A stretch of 32,000 bases of DNA, from positions 270,001 to 302,000 of the forward strand of contig CP042461.1 in assembly GCA_004563595.2 (NCBI GenBank), given 5' to 3'. The notes under the pieces were generated by a model that did not search any database, was not told where the DNA came from, and worked only from the letters and a program-made list of their open reading frames with translations. Made by a program: the position numbers and the translations under genes. This DNA comes from Candidatus Saccharimonadota bacterium (GTDB lineage: Bacteria > Patescibacteriota > Gracilibacteria > BD1-5 > UBA6164). Of this stretch, positions 1-8,237 are shown in pieces; the stretch's first letter is position 1, and each line of letters opens with the position of its first letter.

Positions 1-2
1 CT

Positions 3-983
3 CAGTGAGACACCAGTTGTGAACTATCATCTCTGAGTAATACAAATAACACTTATGATTTCACATCTGAGATTTGATGAGTATGTGATGCAGGGATCAG
101 CAGCCAATGATACATTTGGAGGTTTTATAATGAAACTACTGGAGAAGAGATAAAAAAATATTGAGAGTACCTTGATAATTATAGATTTCTGAGTTCTTGA
201 ACTTGGAAAGTGTTTTTAAGGGTAGTTGATAACTGTGGGAATACTTGAGAAGTTTATAATATGTTGAGTATTGGACTCGATAATCAAGATAATAATACAT
301 GAGCTGAGAATAACACATGATCAGGTAGTGATATATGATCAGATAATAATTCGTTAAATGTAACGATAGATGTGAATCCTATATTCTGACCTGGTCCATT
401 AAATATAGATTTAGAATGATTGGTGTCATGATGAGAATGACCATATTCATATGAATGGAATTATTGAGATGGAGGTGGCTGATTTGGAGAAAATGTAAAT
501 TATATTTTCATAAATGAATGATCATATACCGTTATATTACAAGTAACTGATAAGGATTGAAAAATTTGATATGCCAGTGTTTGAATTCTTGTAAAAGATT
601 TAGGAGATATAAATACCGATAGTGATGGTGATGGAGTCAGTGATATTTTAGATAGTTGTCCACTTATCAACTGAGCACAAGAAAATAATGGTTGTCCAAT
701 CTTGGATACCATTTGTCAAAGTGATTCAAACTGTTCTTCTGGTTACTATTGTAAAGAGAGTAATAATAGCAAAAATATATGCGTTCCTAAAGAGGTTTCA
801 AATAGTTGTGTTTATGATTGATGAACAACGTTTTTCTGAAATGCTGTTTGTAATAGCTGTCCTTGTGGAAATTTCTTAGACTTCAATGCTTCATTGAGAA
901 ATTGTGATGTCATATTTCCAGCGATCACATCAAAGGATGGAACAGAAATCTACAGTAAATGAAAGAACTATTTAATAAAATAA
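3..983 (+). CDS. Secreted or surface protein, C-terminal part (5' end lies outside the window). Contains PKD-like repeats, a thrombospondin-type-3-like Ca-binding repeat and a Cys-rich tail.
   Basis: Frame 3 is open from nt 3 to TAA 981-983 only if more than 20 in-frame TGA are read as sense. Motifs seen: YEWNYGDGGGGFGENVNYIFINEGSYTVILQVTDKDG (PKD-like) and DSDGDGVSDILDSCP (TSP3-like). A hairpin terminator follows. Confidence 0.75.
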
Positions 984-1009
984 AAAAGATTCCTAATGGA
1001 ATCTTTTTT
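984..1009. terminator. Bidirectional intrinsic terminator shared by two convergent genes
   Basis: Stem aaaagattcc / ggaatctttt with loop taat, flanked by an A-run and a T-run. It overlaps the 3' end of the minus-strand CDS. Confidence 0.7.
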
Positions 1010-1721
1010 ATTTTCTAAAACTTTCTAATATTTCATGAGCAATTTGTTTTCAACCGAGTCAAAATGCAAGTCCTCAAGCGATAGTCAGCATTGATATGAA
1101 TCATACAAGAATAGTATTTATGATAAATGTATCAACTATTTTTGTATAGTTTAACACAAGCATAAGCGTAAAAAATAGGATTATTATTTTTGCACCACTG
1201 GCAATGATTCTACTTGTTTTTTGTTTGGTTAGGCTGAGAGTGTGATAGACAACATCATACACAAAGTTTGCAAATCTAATACCAAAGAATCAGATGATAA
1301 CTCAGATGAAAAGGCTCGGGAGGTATGCGAGTAAGTCTCATAGAAATACTTCTACTTCTTTGATTCAGATTACAATGATGGCAAACCTGAAGAATGCTAG
1401 GAATATATAGTATGAAATAGATCTTGCCGCGATTTCGTCTATTTTTACCTTTTGGCTGAGTTTTTTAGGAGCTGTTTTTTCTGACTCTTTTTTATCTTTA
1501 TCATGCTCTTCATCAAACTTGAGGGTGATTCTATCAATAATATCTAGTATATTAAATTTTTTGAAGAGATATTTTACAAATTTATGGATCGCAATTGATA
1601 TAAGGACTCAAAAGGCAAGTATGATCAGGGCTCATATAAATTTTGGGAGATAGAGCTCTATATTTCAGAGTATTACGGTGTAGAGGTTGTTTATTATTTT
1701 GTCTATATCAAAGTTAAACAT
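1008..1721 (-). CDS. Membrane protein with conserved TM-helix repeats (MscS-N-terminal-like). Function unknown.
   Basis: ATG at 1721-1719, TAA at 1010-1008, 237 aa in table 25 with several TGA=Gly. Hydrophobic segments present. C-terminal ...LAFGLGGKQIAHEILESF resembles the 'conserved TM helix' family. Confidence 0.7.
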
Positions 1722-1790
1722 AAGTATTTTCTTGAAAATATTAAGGTATATATACAGGATACCACAAAATCAAAAAAAGCAAAAATAAAT

Positions 1791-1818
1791 TTGACTAAAA
1801 ATCAATATTTCATATACT
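1791..1818 (+). promoter_or_regulatory. Sigma70-type promoter for the tRNA(UCA) gene
   Basis: TTGACT (1791-1796), 16-nt spacer, TATACT (1813-1818), about 55 nt upstream of the tRNA 5' end. Confidence 0.5.
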
Positions 1819-1874
1819 CACATCTGCAAATATTTGAGTGATTGCGTGTCGTTTTTACCAAAATATCTGTCTGA

Positions 1875-1953
1875 GCGAGGGTAACATAAAAGAGTGAGTG
1901 TACTAAGGCTTCAACCCTTGGGTGTGCGAGTTCAAACCTCGTCCCTCGCTCCA
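1875..1953 (+). tRNA. tRNA-Gly with anticodon UCA, the decoder of the reassigned UGA codon. CCA is encoded.
   Basis: Acceptor stem GCGAGGG/CCCTCGC. T arm GCGAG-TTCAAAC-CTCGT. Anticodon stem TAAGG/CCTTG with loop CTTCAAC (anticodon TCA at 1911-1913). Discriminator T at 1950, then CCA. G1:C72, C2:G71, G3:C70 and U73 match bacterial GlyRS identity elements. Short 5-nt variable loop. The D arm is atypical (no GG). Confidence 0.85.
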
Positions 1954-2034
1954 ATAAAAAATTTAAATCAAAAAAGCCTCTATTTAATTAAAAATAGAGG
2001 CTTTTTTGATTGTCAAAATTGAGTTCGATAATTC
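1950..2034 (+). repeat. Copy A of a repeated intergenic module (A-rich leader, terminator hairpin, GAT(T/G)GTTCA... tail). It starts at the tRNA 3' end (TCCA).
   Basis: TCCAATAAAA...AAAAAAGCCTCTATTT..AAATAGAGGCTTTTTTGATTG... aligns with copy B (3121-3222) from the first base. The hairpin and tail are also shared with 5878-5943 and partly with 2591-2645. Confidence 0.6.
1975..2007 (+). terminator. Intrinsic terminator after tRNA(UCA)
   Basis: agcctctattt / aaatagaggct hairpin followed by a T-run. Confidence 0.8.
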
Positions 2035-2127
2035 TGTTGAAATCTGAAATTATGAACTCATGCAATACACATGACTAAAAGATAAAAATGGGAAAGAAAT
2101 ATATGAAGGGATGATTAATTTTAGACA

Positions 2128-2155
2128 TAAAAAAATCTCCGTAAGTTATACGGAG
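2128..2155 (-). terminator. Intrinsic terminator (minus strand) overlapping the stop codon of the small membrane protein gene
   Basis: ctccgta / tacggag stem. The A-run at 2128-2135 is a T-run on the minus strand. Confidence 0.7.
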
Positions 2156-2367
2156 AGTACTCTTATTAATATGAGCATTAATGCTGATAGACACATCGTA
2201 ATGAGTGAATATTTAGCATATTTAAGGGCACTTTGATTATCAGAGTATTGGTATACTCCTCCAATAAAAGTTACATGCATCCAGCTACAGCCATAGAAAA
2301 ATATCGCAGACAGAGCAGGTATTATAATACATAATAGAAATAGCGTAAGCCATACAAAATCAGGCAT
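2146..2367 (-). CDS. Small hydrophobic membrane protein (73 aa). TGA-free with a strong SD.
   Basis: ATG at 2367-2365 preceded by AAGGAG 8 nt upstream. The longer track ORF starts at a TTG. TAA at 2148-2146. Two predicted TM stretches (MPDFVWLTLFLLCIIIPALSAIFFYG...). Confidence 0.6.
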   Translation of the reverse strand: MPDFVWLTLFLLCIIIPALSAIFFYGCSWMHVTFIGGVYQYSDNQSALKYAKYSLITMCLSALMLILIRVLSV

Positions 2368-2590
2368 TTTTTTCTCCTTTTTAAAAGTAGATTGCAGACA
2401 GAAAATACTCAAAATTAATAATTAGTCAAATATAAAATATGTTTTATGAGCTTTACAAGAAAACTTTTGGTAAAGACTTTGTAGGATTTATAGAAGTATT
2501 TACTTAAAAAAAGAACTGATGAAATGTAAAAAATGTAATTTCCAATTTAAATAAGAATGAAATAATTAAAACAGCTTATGAATTTACATG

Positions 2591-2645
2591 AATAGTTTTT
2601 GATGGTTCAGTAGAGCCTTGAAATAAGTGGGAAAATGTATATACC
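2591..2645 (+). repeat. Copy D (partial) of the repeated module. Tail only, no complete hairpin.
   Basis: AATAGTTTTTGATGGTTCAGTAGAGCCTTGAAATAAGTGGGAAAATGTATATACC compared with copy B AATAGAGGCTTTTTTGGTGGTTCAATAGAGTACTAAAATTAGTTAAAAATTGGTATATGC. Confidence 0.5.
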
Positions 2646-2765
2646 CCATTTGCAATCTTGAACTCACTTTAATCATTACTTTTCCTATTAGTATGATTTT
2701 TTTGATTTTCTCATAATTGTTTATATATTACACTAATAAAGTTATATTAATTTAAAATGTAGTAG

Positions 2766-3104
2766 ATGAATAAAATATCTTGGGATGAATTTCAGAATGT
2801 TGAATTAAGAGTATGAACCATTATTGAAGTAAATGATTTTCCAGAAGCAAGAAAGGCTGCTTATAAATTAAAAATAGATTTTTGAGTAGATATTTGAATT
2901 AAAAAATCTAGTGCTCAAATTACTGATTTATACACAAAAGAAAACTTATTAAATAAACAGATAATTGGGGTAATAAATTTCCCTATAAAACAAATTGGTA
3001 CATTTATGTCTGAGTGCTTAGTAACATGATTTGTTAAAGGCGATTGAAATGTAGTATTAGCCGTACCTGATAGTGAAGTTATTAATTGAAGTAAATTAGC
3101 TTAA
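2766..3104 (+). CDS. tRNA-binding domain protein (CsaA/YgjH-like)
   Basis: 112 aa in table 25: [53 protein letters not shown]... This is the typical CsaA/YgjH N-terminal pattern. Seven in-frame TGA are read as Gly. Ends in TAA. Confidence 0.85.
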
Positions 3105-3120
3105 TTTAAATAAGATCTTT

Positions 3121-3222
3121 TCCAATAAAACAATTAAATAAAAAAGTCTCTATTTTTAATTAAATAGAGGCTTTTTTGGTGGTTCAATAGAGTACTAAAA
3201 TTAGTTAAAAATTGGTATATGC
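3121..3222 (+). repeat. Copy B of the repeated module. Includes the csaA-like gene terminator (hairpin 3145-3172, T-run to 3177).
   Basis: TCCAATAAAACAATTAAATAAAAAAGTCTCTATTTTTAATTAAATAGAGGCTTTTTTGGTGGTTCAATAGAG... The first ~65 nt are about 85% identical by eye to the tRNA 3' flank (copy A). Confidence 0.6.
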
Positions 3223-3340
3223 TATTACTTATTTTGAACTTTTATTAATTAGGGATCTCACTTACCTTAAGGGAATAAGGGGGTAATAGAGTATTATATA
3301 TATGTTCCCAGATAAACTAGAAATAGATAAAAATTATATA

Positions 3341-3373
3341 AAAAAAAGAGGAGAATACATATTGTATTCTCCT
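3341..3373 (-). terminator. Intrinsic terminator (minus strand) after the NhaA-like gene
   Basis: aggagaataca / tgtattctcct hairpin. The A-run at 3341-3347 is a T-run on the minus strand. Confidence 0.75.
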
Positions 3374-3382
3374 TGTTTATAG

Positions 3383-4636
3383 TTATGTTCATGAATATTT
3401 TCTTTCTTCAGGAACAAAGTTTTCAACTGTATCAATTGTCTTATTTAAGAGATATGACAATGGTACAGTCAGTAAAAAACCAATCTTCATTTGAGCCGCT
3501 ATTTCTAATGGGATTAACTCATTTGTTTGTGCTACTGAGACAAAAATTATTGCTACAGTACCGTTGCAGGCCCCGGCAATAGCCATGCTTAAAAGAGACA
3601 TTTTATTAAGTTTATTTTTACCGTAATCAGAGTTAGGATCTACATATCTTTGACAAATCAGGCCTCCAAAGTAAATACCAATTAGTTTTCCTCCAAAACC
3701 ACCAACAAGAGCTATGGTTGTAAATACTCCCCATGATAGAGGATCGAGTACATTAATACTCCCTGCTACAAGAGCAAATGGGAGTAATAGCCATAATGCA
3801 AGTGATTCTGTTTTTTCAATTACTAGCTGTTTAACATTATCAGGTGCAAAGATCATCGGAAGACACCCACCTAGAATTGGCTCAATACCATTAAAGCCTA
3901 GAAGGGATGTATTAAAGATGCAAAGAGTGACCCAGAAAGTCGGTGATTGAATAGTAACATCATATGTTTTTCGACCTATTATTTTATATGTTTTTTGATC
4001 TTTCTCTTCCTCTTCCTTGAGTTCTGTTACAATGACAGGACTAAATTTACCAAAAAAATAGGCAACCATCAGGACAAGCAAACCAGGAATAGAGAGGGTT
4101 TGTATCTGTTCTACTCCTTGAGAAAATAATCCAATCATGGAAATAATCCCTAGAAGATCATCACCAACAGCTAACATCGTTAGTGCACTTATCATTACAG
4201 TAGTTGATATATTTTTTGCCATTTTTGCTGAGCCTATTGCCATTGGTACATCAGTTGCCATACTTCCAGCAGATGCATATAATGCTACAGCTAATCCTAT
4301 ACCTCCTATAAAGTAAGCAAGAGAAGTTGTTAATATGAGAGGAACAATTACACCTCCTAATATAGTACCAATAATCAGAGGTCCAGCTTTTAAAATATCA
4401 TTAACTTCAATTTCAGCACCTAGTCGTAAGAAAAATACCCATAAGCCAGTAAGCATCATCCAAAAATGCACAGTTGGATGATGTATTACATGAGTGTATG
4501 TTTCTCCATACTCTCCAAAGAAACCATTTTCACTCAAGCCGTAAACGATGAGTGAAAAGATCAAAAAATAGATAATAACGGGTATCTTAGAGTCCAATAA
4601 TACAATCCCTTTTTTTTTGTCATTTGTATGTAACAT
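3383..4636 (-). CDS. Na+/H+ antiporter, NhaA-like (divergent). TGA-free, probably acquired.
   Basis: 415-aa standard-code ORF ending in TGA (3391-3389). In table 25 it gains two residues (G,T) and stops at TAA 3385-3383. NhaA-like motifs: FFLRLGAEIEVNDIL, SMATDVPMAIGS, VGDDLLGIISMIGLF. About 40 Gly codons, none of them TGA. SD GAGGGA upstream. Hand-counted stretches are G+C-richer than neighbouring genes. Confidence 0.75.
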
Positions 4637-4931
4637 AATTTTCCCTCATGTTTTTGTTTGTGTTTTGATTTTTAGCGAGTGCATTTATATATTAATAATG
4701 ATTAAAGTCAATTTTTTTCCTTACATTCTAGTTCAAAGCGAATAATTAATTGAAAAACCAATAAGGATATTCATAATGGGAGTTGCTTAAATCTTAAATC
4801 ATTACAAATGTCTCATAAACAGTTTACAGAAGAAAATATATATGTATATAATCGAAAAAAATGATCTTTTTTGACTGTTACCCTATTATATGATAAACTA
4901 AATATGAATTATATATATAACAGTTGCTATT

Positions 4932-5801
4932 ATGTGAAAGAATATTCCTGAAACAAAAGACTACTCATCCGATGAAATAAAAGAACAATCAAACTTTGGG
5001 GAGTCAATAAAAAAAGCACTAGAAAATAGTGTATTAACACAAGTAGAAGCAAAATGACTATTAGATTCATATGAAGAGCAAAAATACGGAATAATACATT
5101 ATAACAAGGAACAGTTATCTTCACTTCAAAGAGCATTATGAGTAAGTTGAAATAATGAATTATTTAAAAATGAAGAATTAAAAGCTTTGAAATTAAAGGC
5201 AGAAGAACCTTTAATAATAGAACCCATAAAAACAGAGACAACTATGAGGCTATCTTCAACAGATGAGCTTATTGCTCAGGCAGAATCTATGAATATTTTC
5301 CAAGAGATAGATCTTGATTGGACTCAAATGGACAATCCAGAGTATAAAAATGAACGTTCTGAGGAAGTAATAAAATTATTCAGTAGCAAAATGAAAGAAC
5401 TTGAATCAGAATTTATGCCACATGTAATGGAAATATTTTCATCTTACTTTTGACCTGAAAAAGATCATAAATGAATGAACGATGCAGTAAATACATTTCT
5501 CAATACGTTTAAACAATATGATATTAATGGTGATAATGAAACATCTACAGGAGAACTTTTACATGGAATTTGATTGATTGATGAAGACGATATTACCACA
5601 TATCAAAAACTAGAAAAATCATTAATTGAGAATTTTAAAAGTACTGATATTCAGAATAAACTTATGGCAATCTTAGGTGGTTCGAAAAAAAGTATTAATA
5701 TATTCAAATCATTTGAGAAAGAACTACCTGATACAGCTGTTCAATTTAAAAAAATAGTAAAATTTCTTATTAATGCTGTTGCAAAATATAATAATATATA
5801 A
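4932..5801 (+). CDS. Hypothetical acidic protein (289 aa) with an EF-hand-like loop
   Basis: ATG 4932, TAA 5799-5801. It joins track ORFs 5187-5453 and 5574-5801 (same frame) through TGA=Gly. DINGDNETSTGE fits a 12-residue EF-hand loop pattern. No family recognised. Confidence 0.65.
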
Positions 5802-5877
5802 ATATCATTTGAATATATAGAAGTAAATTAGAGTTCGATGAAAGAAGTCTTGAAAAAAATGATATGAGAACTCAAAG

Positions 5878-5943
5878 CAAAAGAGCCTCTATTTTTAGTT
5901 AAATAGAGGCTCTTTTGATGATTCGATAAAATTCGAAAAATAG
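5878..5943 (+). repeat. Copy C of the repeated module. Includes the terminator of the preceding gene (hairpin 5882-5913).
   Basis: AAAAGAGCCTCTATTTTTAGTTAAATAGAGGCTCTTTTGATGATTCGATAAAATTCGAAAAATAG shares the hairpin and the GATG.TTC..TA tail with copies A, B and D. Confidence 0.6.
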
Positions 5944-5960
5944 AAAATAATATAAAAAAC

Positions 5961-5991
5961 TTGACCATAGACCATGGTCCATAGTTACAAT
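5961..5991 (+). promoter_or_regulatory. MerR-type promoter: TTGACC, 19-nt spacer containing a palindromic operator, TACAAT
   Basis: TTGACC (5961-5966), spacer ATAGACCATGGTCCATAGT (19 nt), TACAAT (5986-5991). GACCATGGTC is a perfect palindrome. The extended imperfect dyad is ACCATAGACCATGGTCCATAGT. A MerR-family gene lies downstream in the same orientation. Confidence 0.6.
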
Positions 5992-6026
5992 TGCATTGTT
6001 ACTTTATATTATTAATATATACTTAT

Positions 6027-6557
6027 ATGAAAATCGCATTACAAAGAATAACAATAAATTCACCAGTAGATAAAGTTTGGAAAGTACTCAGTGATGATTT
6101 TGTTGCCGTTAGTATATGGATGGCTGCTATTAAAATATCCGAAGAAATTACAAAAGGTACAAAAGTATCAGGCGCTCCAGTAATAGGGAGAAAATCCATT
6201 ATTTGAGCGGTAGAGGAGGGGAGATCTTTTCTAGAAGAGACTATTACGGCATATGATGAAAAAAATAAATCTCTTACCGTGAAATCTGTACTGAAAAATA
6301 ACTCAAATTTTTCACCTATGATATCATATACCAGTATAATTACGGTAAAGAAAATAGATGAAAATACTTCAGAAGTTATATGGGATGGATCAGCTGAATT
6401 ACAACTATTAGGTTATCCTATGTATTTTCTTGTGAAAAAATGATTAGCTGCGTGATTTTATAGAGGGATAGAAGAGCTACAACATTTTATGGATACTGGA
6501 AAGCCTCATCCACGTAAAATAGCATTTTTAAAAAAATGGGGAATGTCAGTAAAATAA
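6027..6557 (+). CDS. SRPBCC/START-like (polyketide cyclase-dehydrase fold) protein
   Basis: 176 aa in table 25: MKIALQRITINSPVDKVWKVLSDDF...VIWDGSAEL... This is the typical SRPBCC N-terminal pattern. Three TGA=Gly. TAA at 6555-6557. Confidence 0.7.
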
Positions 6558-6657
6558 AAGTAAAATATTATAGGCCTAAAGTTCTCTTTTTGATAATAAG
6601 GATAAAATAGTATAATATTTGAATAAGAATTTATTGATATAAAACTTTAATAAAAAT

Positions 6658-7041
6658 ATGAAAATAGGTGAAATATCAAATATAACAGGAGTGACACGTG
6701 ATGCTATTCGACTGTATGAAAAGATGTGACTTATAAAAAGTCAAAAAAGTAATCAGTTTAGCAATAATTATAGAGAATACGATGAAAGATGTTTAGAACG
6801 AGTGAAGGCTATAGTAAATATGAAAGATATAGGAATTAAGCTTAAAGAGGCAAAAATTATATTTGATGCTATGTCAGGAGGAACTTTTGATGCTAAATTC
6901 AGGGCAAATTTTGTAGAGAGTAAGCTTGAAGAAATTGAGGAAAAAATAGAAAATCTTCAGAAGTTTAAAACCACTATTTTAGACATGTGAAAAATAGACT
7001 GTGCCGGTGAAAACGCAGAAATAATAGAAAAAATGAAATAA
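6658..7041 (+). CDS. MerR-family transcriptional regulator
   Basis: MKIGEISNITGVTRDAIRLYEKMGLI... (MerR HTH) followed by a coiled-coil dimerisation helix. 127 aa. TGA=Gly at the conserved 'E..GL' position. TAA at 7039-7041. Confidence 0.85.
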
Positions 7042-7116
7042 TAGAATTAATTTTAGAAGAAAATATTGATAATCTTCAGAGAGATAGATAGAAAATTATT
7101 TTTTTCATGAGGGCTG

Positions 7117-7452
7117 CTATTTGTTTGCATTAATTTGAATCGCTTGTTTGATATAATACTCAAGAGCTTGAGTATTCATTTGCTTTAGAGCTAATACCCT
7201 CATGGCTTTTCCTCATCATGTAAGGAGGCCAAGCTCATCACTCATTTTTGCTCCTTTTAAAAAACCAAAATCAATTCCATATGGCATTGTTCTCATATGA
7301 CAGATACCACCATTATTATTTGAGTAGGTGGTAATTCTGTCTTTTTTTGTTTCTGTTATGTTTTCAAAGGAAAGAAGAAAATCCCTTGCCTCTAGGAATA
7401 GGTTTTTATGTTCTGATAGTAGATCTGTATCAAATTGCATAGTTATTTTCAT
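7117..7452 (-). CDS. DUF1801 (YdhG-like) family protein
   Basis: Track ORF 7216-7452 extends through TGA-TGA-GGA (GGG) to TAG at 7119-7117, giving 111 aa. The pattern ...ICHMRTMPYGIDFGFLKGAKM...GGGKAMRVLALK... resembles DUF1801. Confidence 0.6.
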
Positions 7453-7617
7453 AAACTAAATAAAATATATGCTCATTATAGTAATATATAAGACTTAGAA
7501 AATCAATTATAAAATAACTTTAATATATTTGATATATTCATTATTAGTATTAGTATGGAAAAAGATATAGAAGTTAAAAAACATAGATCATTTTTGAAAA
7601 ATTAAACAAAAAGTATT

Positions 7618-7923
7618 ATGATTATATATAAATTTAATACGGAGCGAGAGTATGCTATGTATTATGTAAATAAACTGAATGATAGCAGAGTATTGAAGAT
7701 TTTAAAATCAGGAGAGGTACATAGTAAAGAGGATGCACTTTGTTTAAGTGAGTTTTTTTGGAACATGGTGGGTGCTTCAATTCAGGATAAAAAAGCTGGG
7801 CTTCAGTTTCCTTGGGAAGGAAGTGCAGAATTTTGGGAAGAAAAATTGATGAATTCATTTTCGTTTTACTTGGAGAGGGAAGGTTATGAGAAGGAGTGGG
7901 ATGAAGTGGTTAATAGAGTGTAG
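7618..7923 (+). CDS. Hypothetical protein (101 aa), Trp/Glu-rich, TGA-free
   Basis: Intact standard-code ORF ending in TAG and followed by a hairpin terminator. All 5 Gly codons are GGN. No family recognised. Confidence 0.6.
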   Translation: MIIYKFNTEREYAMYYVNKLNDSRVLKILKSGEVHSKEDALCLSEFFWNMVGASIQDKKAGLQFPWEGSAEFWEEKLMNSFSFYLEREGYEKEWDEVVNRV

Positions 7924-7931
7924 ATGATTAA

Positions 7932-7962
7932 AAAATAAAAAAACCGAGTTTAGCTCGGCTTT
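7932..7962. terminator. Bidirectional terminator between convergent genes
   Basis: ccgag / ctcgg stem (7944-7958) flanked by an A-run on the left and ctttt on the right. Confidence 0.55.
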
Positions 7963-7990
7963 TAATAAATATTCTTTGTTTTATAACCAT

Positions 7991-8203
7991 TTAAATGAGT
8001 TTTCGCATTAAAGTTATATTTGTTTTTGTATCTTCAATACGGGCTTCAATTTCTTTTATTTGTTCTTCTGCTTTATCTCGCTTATCTGGAGTTAAATTCG
8101 TTACTCCTTTTTTGCTTTTAGAAAGTAATTTTTCATAGAAACAGAGTTCGGTTTCTATTTCTTTTATATTAGCTTCTATAGGTGTTAATACCTGATTTTC
8201 CAT
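7991..8203 (-). CDS. Hypothetical small coiled-coil protein (70 aa), TGA-free
   Basis: Track ORF 7991-8266 begins at a TTG that overlaps the upstream gene. The first ATG (MENQVLTPIE...) is at 8203. Charged heptad-like sequence. Ends in TAA. Confidence 0.5.
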   Translation of the reverse strand: MENQVLTPIEANIKEIETELCFYEKLLSKSKKGVTNLTPDKRDKAEEQIKEIEARIEDTKTNITLMRKLI

Positions 8204-8237
8204 TATTTTTCCATTGTTTAGCTTAGAATAAGAAGGA

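Noticed and set aside
136-879. Track ORFs 136-318(-), 500-712(-) and 688-879(+), considered as candidate genes
   Set aside because: They are antisense or off-frame to the continuous frame-3 code-25 ORF (3-983), which has PKD and TSP3 motifs. Their sequences are low-complexity with no motifs.
1875-1953. tRNA-Sec (selC) interpretation of the UCA-anticodon tRNA
   Set aside because: The acceptor/T-stem arrangement is 7/5, the variable loop is only 5 nt and the discriminator is U73 with a G1-C2-G3 acceptor start. Bacterial tRNA-Sec has an 8/5 arrangement and a long variable arm. TGA is also far too frequent (dozens per gene) to be Sec.
2420-2765. Possible small genes in the 350-nt divergent intergenic region (MFYELYKKTFGKDFVGFIEVFT and MKCKKCNFQFK)
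   Set aside because: They are very short, lack an SD and have no conservation evidence. The region more plausibly holds two divergent promoters plus repeat copy D.
1975-5917. CRISPR array suggested by the recurring CTCTATTT...AAATAGAGGC hairpins
   Set aside because: There are only 3 copies, spaced 1.2-2.7 kb apart with genes in between, and each is followed by a T-run. These are terminator-containing repeats, not CRISPR repeats.
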